Assembly (NCBI GenBank): GCA_022823105.1
Contig: JAJDXU010000234.1
Location: 1-48,785 of the forward strand
Direction of reading: 5' to 3'
DNA: 48,785 nt
DNA from: Dehalococcoidia bacterium
GTDB taxonomy: Bacteria > Chloroflexota > Dehalococcoidia > Lucifugimonadales > UBA3495
Shown here: one piece after another, positions 32,710-41,468 of the stretch
Layout of the letters: each line of letters begins with the position of its first letter
Position numbering within the stretch: position 1 is the first letter of the stretch
Made by a program: the position numbers and the translations under genes
The notes under the pieces: model-generated
The model's database searches: none
What the model was told of the DNA's origin: nothing
Seen by the model: only the letters and a program-made list of their open reading frames with translations

Positions 32710-33067
32710 CCAGGACACGCTCCAGGTTATCGGCCAGCAGCAGGGCTTGAACGCGACGCTGGCGCAGTTGCTCGGGAGTCAGGTTGCCGTTATAGAAGTG
32801 GCCGTGCAGGCTGCCTGCCCAGGACCAAGATTCATAAATGTAGCGTGTGCTCGGGTTCCCCGCGAACAGTCGATGCGCCAAGTTGCGGCGTTCGGAAAGG
32901 TTGGTGTCGGCATCGTTTTGCCGCTCGTGTTTCAGAACGGCGCTCGCGAGGTGGTTGACCACGCCCCACAACGCTTCGGCGGCCAAATGAACCCGTCCGC
33001 CGTCCCATAGGTCGCTACTGTCGGCGCGAAGTTGGCGCGCCAGCGCCAAATGCTCATCAGGGTTCAT
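32681..33067 (-). CDS. PaREP1-like small helical protein
   Basis: LAAEALWGVVNHLASAVL...ERRNLAHRL...AGSLHGHFYNGNLTPEQL parallels the reconstructed 1145-1503 product (EKGWGATAQMLKAI...AQNLHVNFYEDNLSPEF). Confidence 0.55.
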   Translation of the reverse strand: MNPDEHLALARQLRADSSDLWDGGRVHLAAEALWGVVNHLASAVLKHERQNDADTNLSERRNLAHRLFAGNPSTRYIYESWSWAGSLHGHFYNGNLTPEQLRQRRVQALLLADNLERVLVTALPGQVG

Positions 33068-33446
33068 GCTGTTTTTTGCCCGCGCCGGCCATCAGGGCAT
33101 CGACCAACTGTATCACCGAAGGATAGCACTGCGCCGGCTCTTCGTCGTCCAGCATATGCAAGCGCATATTTTCTTCCATGTACTCGGCCACGCCCAGCTT
33201 GATCAAATACAGCCGTTTGTCGTTGCCGTCTTCCTGGTCAAGGATATCGGCAATCCGCCAGCGGTCCTCTACGGTGTCGGAGGGCATGCCTCGGGCCTTG
33301 CCAAAAACCTTCAGCGCCTGCTCGGTAGCATTCCATAGCAGTTCCGAAATCAGCAGGCCGTTGCCGATTCGCAACGCCAGTTCGGCCTGGTGCAGGTATT
33401 TCTGCACGTTGGCAGCGTGTTGGTCTTTGGTCGTCGCGGCAGTCAT
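33057..33446 (-). CDS. PaREP1-like small helical protein (more divergent), coupled to 32681..33067 by an 11-nt overlap
   Basis: ISELLWNATEQALKVFGKARGMP...WRIADIL...EENMRLHMLDDEEP shows the same helix pattern but lacks the FY motif. Confidence 0.45.
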   Translation of the reverse strand: MTAATTKDQHAANVQKYLHQAELALRIGNGLLISELLWNATEQALKVFGKARGMPSDTVEDRWRIADILDQEDGNDKRLYLIKLGVAEYMEENMRLHMLDDEEPAQCYPSVIQLVDALMAGAGKKQHEP

Positions 33447-33523
33447 GGCTGTTGCTCCCGTGGTAACCGGTTATACGACCATATTGTAGCGCGCAATTGT
33501 CAATCGAACCGTCCAGTGGGGGA

Positions 33524-34951
33524 TCAGGCCGCCGGTTCGGGGGCAATGGTCCCTCCCCCCGGCGCCGCACGCGCCCGACGAGCTTCGTCGCGCTCCCGCT
33601 GCAGCCGCAGTCGCCTGGGCAGCGGCGGACGCGGCAGGAACCAGTAGCCGATGGCCGCCGCGATGTAGAGCAGCACCAGCGGGAACAGAGCCCAGTAGAA
33701 GCTGCCGGTGTAGTCGTAGATCGCTCCCATCCACATGGCAGTCCACATAGAGGCCAGCTGGTCCGGGAGGTGTTGCCAGCCGCGCAGCGTCGCGTAAGCC
33801 CGCCGCCCAAAGAAGTCGCCCATGATCGCCCAGTTCAGCGGATTGGCGCTTTCGGAAAACGCCAGCAGCAGGACGAACACCACCACCTGCCACATTTCCC
33901 CGCTTTGTGTCAGCAGGGAAGCCAACGCCACCGCGCCGGACAACATGCATACCGAGCTCAGCTTTCGCCGGTCCACTCGGTCCCCCAGCCATCCCATGCC
34001 TGGGTTGAACACCATATTCAAGACGGAAAACCCGCTGACGAACGCCGCCGCGATAATGATGAACCGTTGCCCTTGGTCCGACGTTGGATCCACCGGCACG
34101 CCCGCCTCCAGGAACCAGATGATCAGGGGAGCCATCAGGAACGAAGCGCCGGCGTGGACGATGTTACGGAAGCCCGTGGACATCACCAGAAGCCAGTACG
34201 AAGGCGTACGCATGGCTTCCTTGGCCGTGAAGTCCAGTTCTCCTCCCCGACTCCTGCGACGCTGTTGCGATCTGAGCTGATCGTTGGCTGAGGTAGTCGC
34301 GAGCTCAGGCGGGTCGCCGTCCGGCAGCAACCCCATTTCCTCCGGAGCGCGCTTGAGAAAATACGACAGCGGGATCACGACCGCGATGATGACAATACCG
34401 AGGATTGTGCAGGCGTCCCGCCAGCCCACCATGAAAACCAGCAGACCCACCAGGTAGGCGGACGCGCCGCCCAATCCGTTACCCATGCTCACAATTGACA
34501 TCGCAAGGCCGCGCCGCCGCCAGAACCAGTTGTTGACCGCTGCGATGGACGCGTTGTTGTATCCCGAGCGGAACCCGACTGACAGGAACACCACGAACAC
34601 GAAGAGGAACCACCAGAAATTGGTGGCCCGGGCCAGCAGGATGAAGCCAAGACCCGACATCAGGCCCCCGAAGGCAAGCATCACACGGGGACCAAACCGG
34701 TCCGTGCAGTAGCCCATCAGCGGCCCCTGCACGCCCCCCATGAATCGTCCCAGGCCCTCGGCCAGTCCCAGCAGGGTTCGAGATTGCGGGCTGAACCCCA
34801 GCACGTCCTTTGGAAATAGAAGGTCGTTCTCAACCGGCACGTACATGACCGTGAAACCCCGGTTGAAACTGCCGTGCTTCATCCCGTCGGCGATCAGGCT
34901 GACCAGGACGATCCACCATCCGTAGAAGATCTTGGGGCGGCGCAAGCGCAT
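33524..34951 (-). CDS. MFS transporter (oxalate/formate antiporter-like)
   Basis: Start is at MRLRRPKIFYGWWIVLVSLIADG..., where TGATG overlaps the stop of the upstream CoA-transferase. The tracked start 35092 adds Arg-rich junk. 12-TM-type profile. Confidence 0.85.
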   Translation of the reverse strand: MRLRRPKIFYGWWIVLVSLIADGMKHGSFNRGFTVMYVPVENDLLFPKDVLGFSPQSRTLLGLAEGLGRFMGGVQGPLMGYCTDRFGPRVMLAFGGLMSGLGFILLARATNFWWFLFVFVVFLSVGFRSGYNNASIAAVNNWFWRRRGLAMSIVSMGNGLGGASAYLVGLLVFMVGWRDACTILGIVIIAVVIPLSYFLKRAPEEMGLLPDGDPPELATTSANDQLRSQQRRRSRGGELDFTAKEAMRTPSYWLLVMSTGFRNIVHAGASFLMAPLIIWFLEAGVPVDPTSDQGQRFIIIAAAFVSGFSVLNMVFNPGMGWLGDRVDRRKLSSVCMLSGAVALASLLTQSGEMWQVVVFVLLLAFSESANPLNWAIMGDFFGRRAYATLRGWQHLPDQLASMWTAMWMGAIYDYTGSFYWALFPLVLLYIAAAIGYWFLPRPPLPRRLRLQRERDEARRARAAPGGGTIAPEPAA

Positions 34952-37584
34952 CAGTACACCACCTGCCCGGCGACGAGATCGGAGATGCCGGCCTCGTCCA
35001 TGCCCAATAGTTCGGAGAGCACATAGTCGTTGTGCTGGCCCAGCAACGGCGCCGGACTGCGAACGCCTCCGGGAGTCTCGCTGAAACGCCACGGCACCCC
35101 GTACACCATCTCCGCGCCCACGTGCGGGTGGTCGATCTCAACGTACGTTTCCCGAGAGTTCAGGTGGGGGTCGGCGAACTGGTCGGCGATGTTCATCACC
35201 GGCATGGCAGCCACGCCCGCTGCCTGCAAAATCGCAGTCACTTCCTCGGGCGACCTGGCGCGCGTCCAATTCGACACAATCTCGTCCAATTCCCGCCGGT
35301 TCAGCCAGCGAGAAGCGGACTCGCAGAACCTGGGATCCGCATTCAGTCCATCGCATCCGAGAACATCCGCCATCGCCATCCACTCGGCATCGTTTCGCAC
35401 CGCTATGGAGACCCACGCATCATCGCCGGCGCACGGGTAGTTGTTGTGCGGCGCGAAGTCAGGGTCGTCGTTACCCGTCGGCGTGGGAATCTCGCCGGTC
35501 ATCTGGTATTGCAGCATCGGCACACCCAGCAGGGCCGCGGTGCCCTCCAGGTGGGCCGCCTCGACGTACTGTCCGCAGCCGGTTCGATTGCGGTGGCGCA
35601 GGGCAGCCGCGACTCCCAGCGCCGCGCACAGCGCCGCCATGGTGTCGCTCCAGGCTGCCTGCAGTTCTCCAACCAACGGCTCGCCCTCCTCCGGCGGATA
35701 ACCGACCAGGCTCATCATGCCGGACATGGCCTGGATGATCGGCGCATACGCTACCATATCGCGCAGGGGGCCCGTGTCCCCGAAGGCTGGCATCGCCGCC
35801 ACGATTATGTCCGGCTTGACCCTGCGCAGGCTGTCGTAATCCATGCCCAGCCGTTGCAGCACACCGGGCGAAAAGTTTGAAAGCACCACGTCGCTCGCCG
35901 AAGCCAAATTCCTCAGAATCGCTTTTCCCTCGTCGGTCCGCAGATTCAGCGTAACGCTGAGCTTGTTGCGATTCAGCCCGTGGAATACCGGCTGCAGCTC
36001 CGGCCACAGCCCCCGGTCGCCGCCGGCCAGGTCCTCGCCGACCATGGGTCGGCCCAGCCGCATGCCGTCCATGCGGGCGCGACTCTCAATCTTGATCACC
36101 TCGGCGCCCATGTCAGCCAGCAACTGTCCGGCCATCGGCCCGGCCCACGCCGACCCCAAATCAACGATGCGAACATCCCCCAGAGCCGCCGGTTTCTCAT
36201 GCTTCGACGGATTGCCGGACGGTTCGCGTTGTGACGATGCGCGTCGTACGGATGCCGAGCGTTTGGAATCCAGTTCGCCGAACACCTCGGCATTGTGCTC
36301 ACCAAGGGTCGGCGCCGGCCGCGTAATCTTGAGCGGTGAGCCATGCAGACGGACGGGCGGCCCGGGATATTTCAGCCTGCCGGTCCCGGCGTGCTCAACC
36401 TCCCTGAACCACCGGCGGGCCTGCAACTGAGGCGAAACCAGCGCCTCGTCCATGGTGAGCACGGGAGCGCACGGAATCCGGTTATCCAGGCATAGCTGCA
36501 GGATCTCTTCCTTGTCGTGCTCTTTGAACCACGGCGCAATCAGGCTTTCCGCTTCCTCCGGATAACGGTCGCTCATTGCGCGGCGGTCCCGGTAGCGTGG
36601 ATTGTCGATCCACTCCGGGTCGCCCAGCAGATTCAGGAAGCGCTGGTACTGCTCCAGCTGGGGCGCGTCGATGCAGACGTAGCCGTCCCGACACGGCAGT
36701 ACGCAGTTCGGGAACAGCCCCAGACGCATCCGGTTGCCCGAGCGTGAACCTGCGATGCCCCGATAGATGAACGTGGGCAGGTGATAACCGGTCAGCAGCG
36801 TCGCGATGATGCCGGAATCGGCCACGTCGAGATATTGCCCGGCGTCCCCGTAGCCGGACGCCTGCAGCGAATCCCGCGCCAGCAGCGCGACTATCGCCGC
36901 ATACGCGCCGCCCACGCCGGCCATGAACGCCGCCTGCTGGTCCGGAGTGGTCAACGGTTCCCGGTGCGTGTGCCCGGTCCCGAAGCTCATGCCGCTCAGT
37001 GCGTTTACCTGCAGATCGTACCCGGCGTGCCGTTTGTATTCTCCCGTCCGGCCGTAGGGTGAAATGGAAACGGCAATCAGGTTCGGGTGGCGTTTCGCCA
37101 GGTCGTCAGCGGAGATGCCGACCCTGCCCAGCGTGTCGTATGGCTGGTTCTCGACGAAGACGTCCGCGCTGTCAATCAGTTCGTGCAGCCGGTCAACGCC
37201 GGAGCCGGACTCCATGTCCAGGGTCACGCCGATCTTGCCCTGGTTGGCGAACAGGAACAGCCCGCTGCATTCGGGATCTGCAGCGTCCGTTGGGAACGGC
37301 CCACGCCGCCGGGCGGAGTCGCCGGACAGATTCTCTACCTTGATCACGTCCGCGCCGAATTCGGCCAGCAGCTTCGCGCAAAACGGGGCCGATACCATCT
37401 CGCCCCACTCGACGACACGAACGCCCTCCAGAGGAGCAGAGGGCGGTGAAACATGCGTCGGCGTTGATGTACCCGTGTCTGACAATTGCTGCCCTGATTC
37501 GTTCAAGGGTCGGCGACGGCTCGGTGCAGCAGCGGGCCACCATCGGCAGGCGCTCCACGGTGTACGCAGGCCCAACTGTGCCAT
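34951..37584 (-). CDS. fused tandem CaiB/BaiF (family III) CoA-transferase (start uncertain: ATG 37584 or TTG 37485)
   Basis: Unit 1: VRVVEWGEMVSAPFCAKLLAEFGADVIKVEN. Unit 2: VRIVDLGSAWAGPMAGQLLADMGAEVIKIES. TATACT lies 22 nt upstream of ATG 37584. The tracked start 37809 overlaps the divergent NYN promoter region. Confidence 0.85.
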   Translation of the reverse strand: MAQLGLRTPWSACRWWPAAAPSRRRPLNESGQQLSDTGTSTPTHVSPPSAPLEGVRVVEWGEMVSAPFCAKLLAEFGADVIKVENLSGDSARRRGPFPTDAADPECSGLFLFANQGKIGVTLDMESGSGVDRLHELIDSADVFVENQPYDTLGRVGISADDLAKRHPNLIAVSISPYGRTGEYKRHAGYDLQVNALSGMSFGTGHTHREPLTTPDQQAAFMAGVGGAYAAIVALLARDSLQASGYGDAGQYLDVADSGIIATLLTGYHLPTFIYRGIAGSRSGNRMRLGLFPNCVLPCRDGYVCIDAPQLEQYQRFLNLLGDPEWIDNPRYRDRRAMSDRYPEEAESLIAPWFKEHDKEEILQLCLDNRIPCAPVLTMDEALVSPQLQARRWFREVEHAGTGRLKYPGPPVRLHGSPLKITRPAPTLGEHNAEVFGELDSKRSASVRRASSQREPSGNPSKHEKPAALGDVRIVDLGSAWAGPMAGQLLADMGAEVIKIESRARMDGMRLGRPMVGEDLAGGDRGLWPELQPVFHGLNRNKLSVTLNLRTDEGKAILRNLASASDVVLSNFSPGVLQRLGMDYDSLRRVKPDIIVAAMPAFGDTGPLRDMVAYAPIIQAMSGMMSLVGYPPEEGEPLVGELQAAWSDTMAALCAALGVAAALRHRNRTGCGQYVEAAHLEGTAALLGVPMLQYQMTGEIPTPTGNDDPDFAPHNNYPCAGDDAWVSIAVRNDAEWMAMADVLGCDGLNADPRFCESASRWLNRRELDEIVSNWTRARSPEEVTAILQAAGVAAMPVMNIADQFADPHLNSRETYVEIDHPHVGAEMVYGVPWRFSETPGGVRSPAPLLGQHNDYVLSELLGMDEAGISDLVAGQVVY

Positions 37585-37701
37585 ACGGCAACGGGGGTAT
37601 GGCCGCAGTATAGGCCGGCGCCAACCCACGCGCAAGGCAGATACCCTCACCAGACCGCCTATACCTCCTCCCTTCCCGGATGTGCTCAACGAAAACAGCC
37701 T

Positions 37702-37731
37702 TTGACAATCTACGCCCAAAGGACGTATACT
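37702..37731 (+). promoter_or_regulatory. sigma70-like promoter TTGACA-18-TATACT
   Basis: TTGACA at 37702-37707 and TATACT at 37726-37731, about 80 nt upstream of ATG 37814. Confidence 0.55.
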
Positions 37732-37772
37732 CGTTATCGACCCCCCCACCCCTCTTCGTCGGGTGGGCAGCG

Positions 37773-37793
37773 AACCGCCCGCCACGGGCGGTT
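37773..37793 (+). promoter_or_regulatory. 5'-UTR hairpin (9-bp GC-rich stem, 3-nt loop)
   Basis: AACCGCCCG-CCA-CGGGCGGTT lies between the promoter and the AAGGA RBS of the NYN gene. Confidence 0.4.
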
Positions 37794-37813
37794 GCGCATT
37801 TAAGGACACCTCA

Positions 37814-38452
37814 ATGCCGGAAGCTGTTGCTTATATCGATGGCTGGAATTTTTACTACGGCGCCGTCAGGAATCGAGCACGTTTGAAATGGGTGAATCCG
37901 CGAGAAATGCTCCGGAGGCTATTGCCGCACGAGAGCATTGCCACTATCAGGTACTTTTCGGCTCCACTGATCAAAAATGCCGCCGACCCAGGTGCGTTGG
38001 CCCGCCGGTCAGTCTATTTACGCGCATTGGCTACTATACCTGGCCTTATCGTTCATGAAGGTAGGATGGCGATCCGAACAAAGAGGGGCCTCGTGTTGCC
38101 AAAATCGACGCCACCTCAAATGGCAACGATTGAAGTATTTGAGGAAAAGCGTACTGACGTTAACATCGCATCCCATTTGTTGATGGACGCTTTTGCGGGC
38201 CGGTACGCTGCCGCCGTTGTGGTGTCCAACGACTCGGATTTGACCACGCCGATTGAGATGGTGGTGAACCAGTTGGGCAAGAGCGTGATTGTAGTCAATC
38301 CCTACCCTGCCAACCGTCAGAGCAGTGAACTCCGCCGTGCCGCCTCGAGATTCATACCTCAAATCAACGCCTCGGTCCTGCGGTCGTCCCAGTTTCCCAA
38401 GACGCTCACCGATGCCCGTGGCAGGTTTACTCGCCCACGAACGTGGGAGTGA
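37814..38452 (+). CDS. NYN domain (PIN-like, LabA/DUF88-type) ribonuclease-like protein
   Basis: MPEAVAYIDGWNFYYGA..., IRYFSAPL, EEKRTDVNIASHLLMDAF, and AAVVVSNDSDLTTPIEMV are the conserved acidic NYN motifs. Confidence 0.8.
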   Translation: MPEAVAYIDGWNFYYGAVRNRARLKWVNPREMLRRLLPHESIATIRYFSAPLIKNAADPGALARRSVYLRALATIPGLIVHEGRMAIRTKRGLVLPKSTPPQMATIEVFEEKRTDVNIASHLLMDAFAGRYAAAVVVSNDSDLTTPIEMVVNQLGKSVIVVNPYPANRQSSELRRAASRFIPQINASVLRSSQFPKTLTDARGRFTRPRTWE

Positions 38453-38466
38453 AGACCGCATGAATA

Positions 38467-38497
38467 GGGGCGAATCCGCCTGAGGCGGATTCGCCCC
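38467..38497. repeat. REP hairpin, GGGGCGAAT family (14-bp perfect stem)
   Basis: GGGGCGAATCCGCC-TGA-GGCGGATTCGCCCC, directly after the NYN stop. Confidence 0.75.
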
Positions 38498-38531
38498 CAC
38501 ACTCGGTGTCGCAACCCCAATGCGCATCGTA

Positions 38532-38554
38532 GGGACGGGTTTGAAACCCGTCCC
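38532..38554. repeat. REP hairpin, GGGRCGGGTTTGAAACCCGYCCC family
   Basis: CGTAGGGACGGG-TTTGAAA-CCCGTCCC. Confidence 0.7.
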
Positions 38555-38680
38555 GCCCATGGGCTCACGGACCCCCTGTCGCCACGGCGAAGTTCGCATC
38601 CGCTCGGAATGAGACCCGATCGCCTGGCCATCCGGCACGCCTCACCAGTACGCAGCCATGTACGGGGTCGGCGCGCTCTT

Positions 38681-38689
38681 TGCTATAAT
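38681..38689 (+). promoter_or_regulatory. extended -10 element TGCTATAAT
   Basis: About 87 nt upstream of ATG 38776. Confidence 0.45.
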
Positions 38690-38775
38690 TCAAGCATAAC
38701 CTTGCCGGCAGCCCACATCGGGGCGGCCTGAACCACCCAGTACGCCGATAAATCGCTTTCTCATGAGGTATAACT

Positions 38776-39603
38776 ATGACCACCACCGTCGATATCAACG
38801 ATGTCGGCATGACCGCCTTCTTTATCGCCTGGTTCCGCGACGCCGAGCGCACTCGGCGCGACTCCCTATTCTATGACCCATATTCCCGGTGGTTCGTCCC
38901 GGATGAGGTCAAACCGGCCGCCCGTCGCTTTGCCGAACTCTGCCCCGAATTTGATGACCTGATCCGTTGCCGCCTCCTCTTCTTCCGCGAACTGGTCAGG
39001 GCCGAGGTCACAAAGGGCACAGGCCAGATAGTATCGGTGGGTTCGGGCTTCGACACCCGACCGGCAATCTTCCAGACCGACGGCGTGACTTTCTTCGATG
39101 TAGACCAGCCGGCAGTCATCAAGTACAAACGCGAAACCCTGGAGCGAATTGGCCTCCGGCCCTGGCCGTCCCTCCCCTGCGATTACCTGGATGTCAACCT
39201 CCCTGAGAAACTCCAGGAGGTCGGCTTCGACCCCGACCTGCCGTCCCTGTTCATCTGGGAAGGCAACACCATGTACCTCCCCCGGAACCTCATCTTTGGA
39301 TTCCTCACCCAACTGGCCACTCAATTGCCCGCGTTCACCATCGCCTTCGACTACATGTCGGAGAGAGTGATCGACGGTACCAGCGGCGTCGCCAGCGTCA
39401 CCCGGGCGTTCGATTACTTCTACGACCGGTTCGCGCCGTTCAAAACCGGTTTCGACGACCCCGCCGTGTTCGAGAGCAATACTCCTCTCAAAATCGCCGA
39501 TTCCGGACGTATGGAGGACATCGGGGCGCGCCACGCTCCACGATTCGCCGAAAGGCTGGAACCCCTGGCCGGTCTGTACCACTACTGCATCTTGACCAAA
39601 TGA
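38776..39603 (+). CDS. class I SAM-dependent methyltransferase (leucine carboxyl/O-methyltransferase LCM-type)
   Basis: IVSVGSGFDTRP, FFDVDQPAVIKYKRE and LFIWEGNTMYL are the PF04072-type motifs. Confidence 0.85.
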   Translation: MTTTVDINDVGMTAFFIAWFRDAERTRRDSLFYDPYSRWFVPDEVKPAARRFAELCPEFDDLIRCRLLFFRELVRAEVTKGTGQIVSVGSGFDTRPAIFQTDGVTFFDVDQPAVIKYKRETLERIGLRPWPSLPCDYLDVNLPEKLQEVGFDPDLPSLFIWEGNTMYLPRNLIFGFLTQLATQLPAFTIAFDYMSERVIDGTSGVASVTRAFDYFYDRFAPFKTGFDDPAVFESNTPLKIADSGRMEDIGARHAPRFAERLEPLAGLYHYCILTK

Positions 39604-39658
39604 CTCGCACCCATCTTGGTTCCCGCGCTCGCTGTTGAACCGTGATGGCTCGCCCGTA

Positions 39659-39689
39659 GGGGCGAATCCCTCTCAGGCGGATTCGCCCC
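39659..39689. repeat. REP hairpin, GGGGCGAAT family
   Basis: GTAGGGGCGAATCC-CTCTCAGGC-GGATTCGCCCC (11-bp stem). Confidence 0.7.
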
Positions 39690-39908
39690 GTCTTCATTCC
39701 GGCAACTTGATCCGTCCTGACTCCAATAGTCCTGTCTCCCTGCTCATCGATGCGAGACCTCCCTCCTTCCCGCCCCGCCCGTCGATTTGAGCTCGCTCCC
39801 TGTTTGGTTGCAACTCCGTTCACGTAGTACAATCTTCGCCGCATGACGCCATTTCGCCGTCATGTTCCCTCCGGTCAAATCCGGAATCCACGCAAGGAGA
39901 TCCCCACC

Positions 39909-41327
39909 ATGAAGATGTACATTTGCGGCCAGTGGGTTGACCGCGATAACAAGATGCCCGTTATCAATCCCTTCGACCAGAGCGCCTTCGACACCGTGCC
40001 CCGTGGCACTGCCGCCGACGTCGAGGCCGCCATCGCCAGCGCGTCCCGTGGCGCTGCCGTGATGGCCAAGCTGCCGGCCCACCGCCGTTACACCATCCTG
40101 AAGCGCGCCGCTGATCTCATGGACGAACGCGCCGACGATCTCGCCGAGACCATCACCCGCGAGGAGGGCAAGGTAATCGCCGAGGGCCGCGGCGAGGTGC
40201 AGCGCGCCATCCAGACCATCACCCTCTCCGCCGAGGAAGCCAAGCGACTCCACGGCGAAACCGTCCCCCTTGACGCCGCACCCGGCGTGGTCAGCCAGTT
40301 CGGGTTCACCATCCGCGTGCCCGTGGGCATCGTGGCGGCCATCGCTCCGTTCAACTTCCCGCTGAACCTCGTCTGCCACAAGGTCGGGCCCGCCCTGGCC
40401 GCCGGCAACGCCGTCATCCTCAAGCCCGCCGGCGACACCCCGCTGTCTGCCCTCAAGCTCACCGAGATCCTGCTCGAGGCCGGACTGCCCGAGGAGGCCA
40501 TCCAGACCATCACCGGCTCGGGCGCCGAGATCGGCGATGCCATCACCGGGTCGCCCGACGTTCGCAAGATCACCTTCACCGGCAGCATGGAAGTCGGCGA
40601 CCAGATCTGCCGCAACGCCGGCATCAAGAAGGTCACCATGGAGCTGGGCTCCAACAGCCCCCTCATCATTATGTCCGACGCCGACATCGAGAAAGTCGCC
40701 GCCGCCACCGTGGCCAGCGGCTTCGCCAACGCCGGCCAGGTCTGCATCTCCACCCAGCGCGTCTTCGCGGCCCGCACCATCTACGCCGACCTGCTCGACG
40801 CCCTGGTCAAGCCCACCCAGGAGTTCAGCGTGGGCAATCCCTTCGACGAGGACGTCAAGATGGGCCCGATGATCCGCCAGACCGACGCCGAGCGCGTCGA
40901 GAGTTGGATCGCCGAGGCCGTGGGCCAGGGCGCCCGCGTCATCGCCGGCGGCGAGCGCGACGGCACTCTGCACACCGCCACCGTGGTCGCCGACGCGCGC
41001 CCCGAGATGCTGATCTCCCGCGAGGAACTGTTCGGCCCCGCCGTGGCCGTCAGCGCCTTCGACGACATTGACGACGCCATCGCCAAGGCCAACGACACCC
41101 GCTTCGGCCTGTCCGCCGGCATCTTCACCCAGAACGTGGACTGGGCCATGCGGTTCGCCCAGGAGGTCCACTCCGGCAACCTGCACATCAATTCCTCGCC
41201 CCAGTGGCGCGCCGACGTTATGCCCTACGGCGGCCTGAAGGACAGCGGCATGGGCAAGGAAGGACCCGCCTACGCCATCGAGGAAATGAGCGAGCTCAAA
41301 ATGGTCGTCTTCCACATGGGCGGCTAA
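39909..41327 (+). CDS. NAD(P)-dependent aldehyde dehydrogenase
   Basis: AAGGAG lies 9 nt before ATG 39909 (MKMYICGQWVD...). FNFPLNL, VTMELGSNSP (catalytic Glu), GQVCISTQR (catalytic Cys), and EELFGPAV. Confidence 0.9.
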   Translation: MKMYICGQWVDRDNKMPVINPFDQSAFDTVPRGTAADVEAAIASASRGAAVMAKLPAHRRYTILKRAADLMDERADDLAETITREEGKVIAEGRGEVQRAIQTITLSAEEAKRLHGETVPLDAAPGVVSQFGFTIRVPVGIVAAIAPFNFPLNLVCHKVGPALAAGNAVILKPAGDTPLSALKLTEILLEAGLPEEAIQTITGSGAEIGDAITGSPDVRKITFTGSMEVGDQICRNAGIKKVTMELGSNSPLIIMSDADIEKVAAATVASGFANAGQVCISTQRVFAARTIYADLLDALVKPTQEFSVGNPFDEDVKMGPMIRQTDAERVESWIAEAVGQGARVIAGGERDGTLHTATVVADARPEMLISREELFGPAVAVSAFDDIDDAIAKANDTRFGLSAGIFTQNVDWAMRFAQEVHSGNLHINSSPQWRADVMPYGGLKDSGMGKEGPAYAIEEMSELKMVVFHMGG

Positions 41328-41348
41328 CCTCTCGACATGCCCTGTACC

Positions 41349-41377
41349 GTAGGGGCGGGTTTGAAACCCGCCCCTAC
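41349..41377. repeat. REP hairpin, GGGRCGGGTTTGAAACCCGYCCC family
   Basis: GTAGGGGCGGG-TTTGAAA-CCCGCCCCTAC (11-bp stem). Confidence 0.75.
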
Positions 41378-41416
41378 CCATAGCCCGATCCGTCGCGGCG
41401 GAATTCCGGCCACGTA

Positions 41417-41438
41417 GGGGCGAATGATTATTCGCCCC
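41417..41438. repeat. REP hairpin, GGGGCGAAT family
   Basis: GGGGCGAAT-GATT-ATTCGCCCC. The tracked ATG 41424 lies inside this hairpin. Confidence 0.7.
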
Positions 41439-41468
41439 ACCCATTACACGAACCTTTGGAGATCCACC

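Noticed and set aside
37585-37809. 75-codon N-terminal extension of the second CoA-transferase ORF
   Set aside because: The sequence is Arg/Gly/Pro/Ser-rich junk that overlaps the divergent NYN promoter and start. A TATACT box sits just upstream of ATG 37584.
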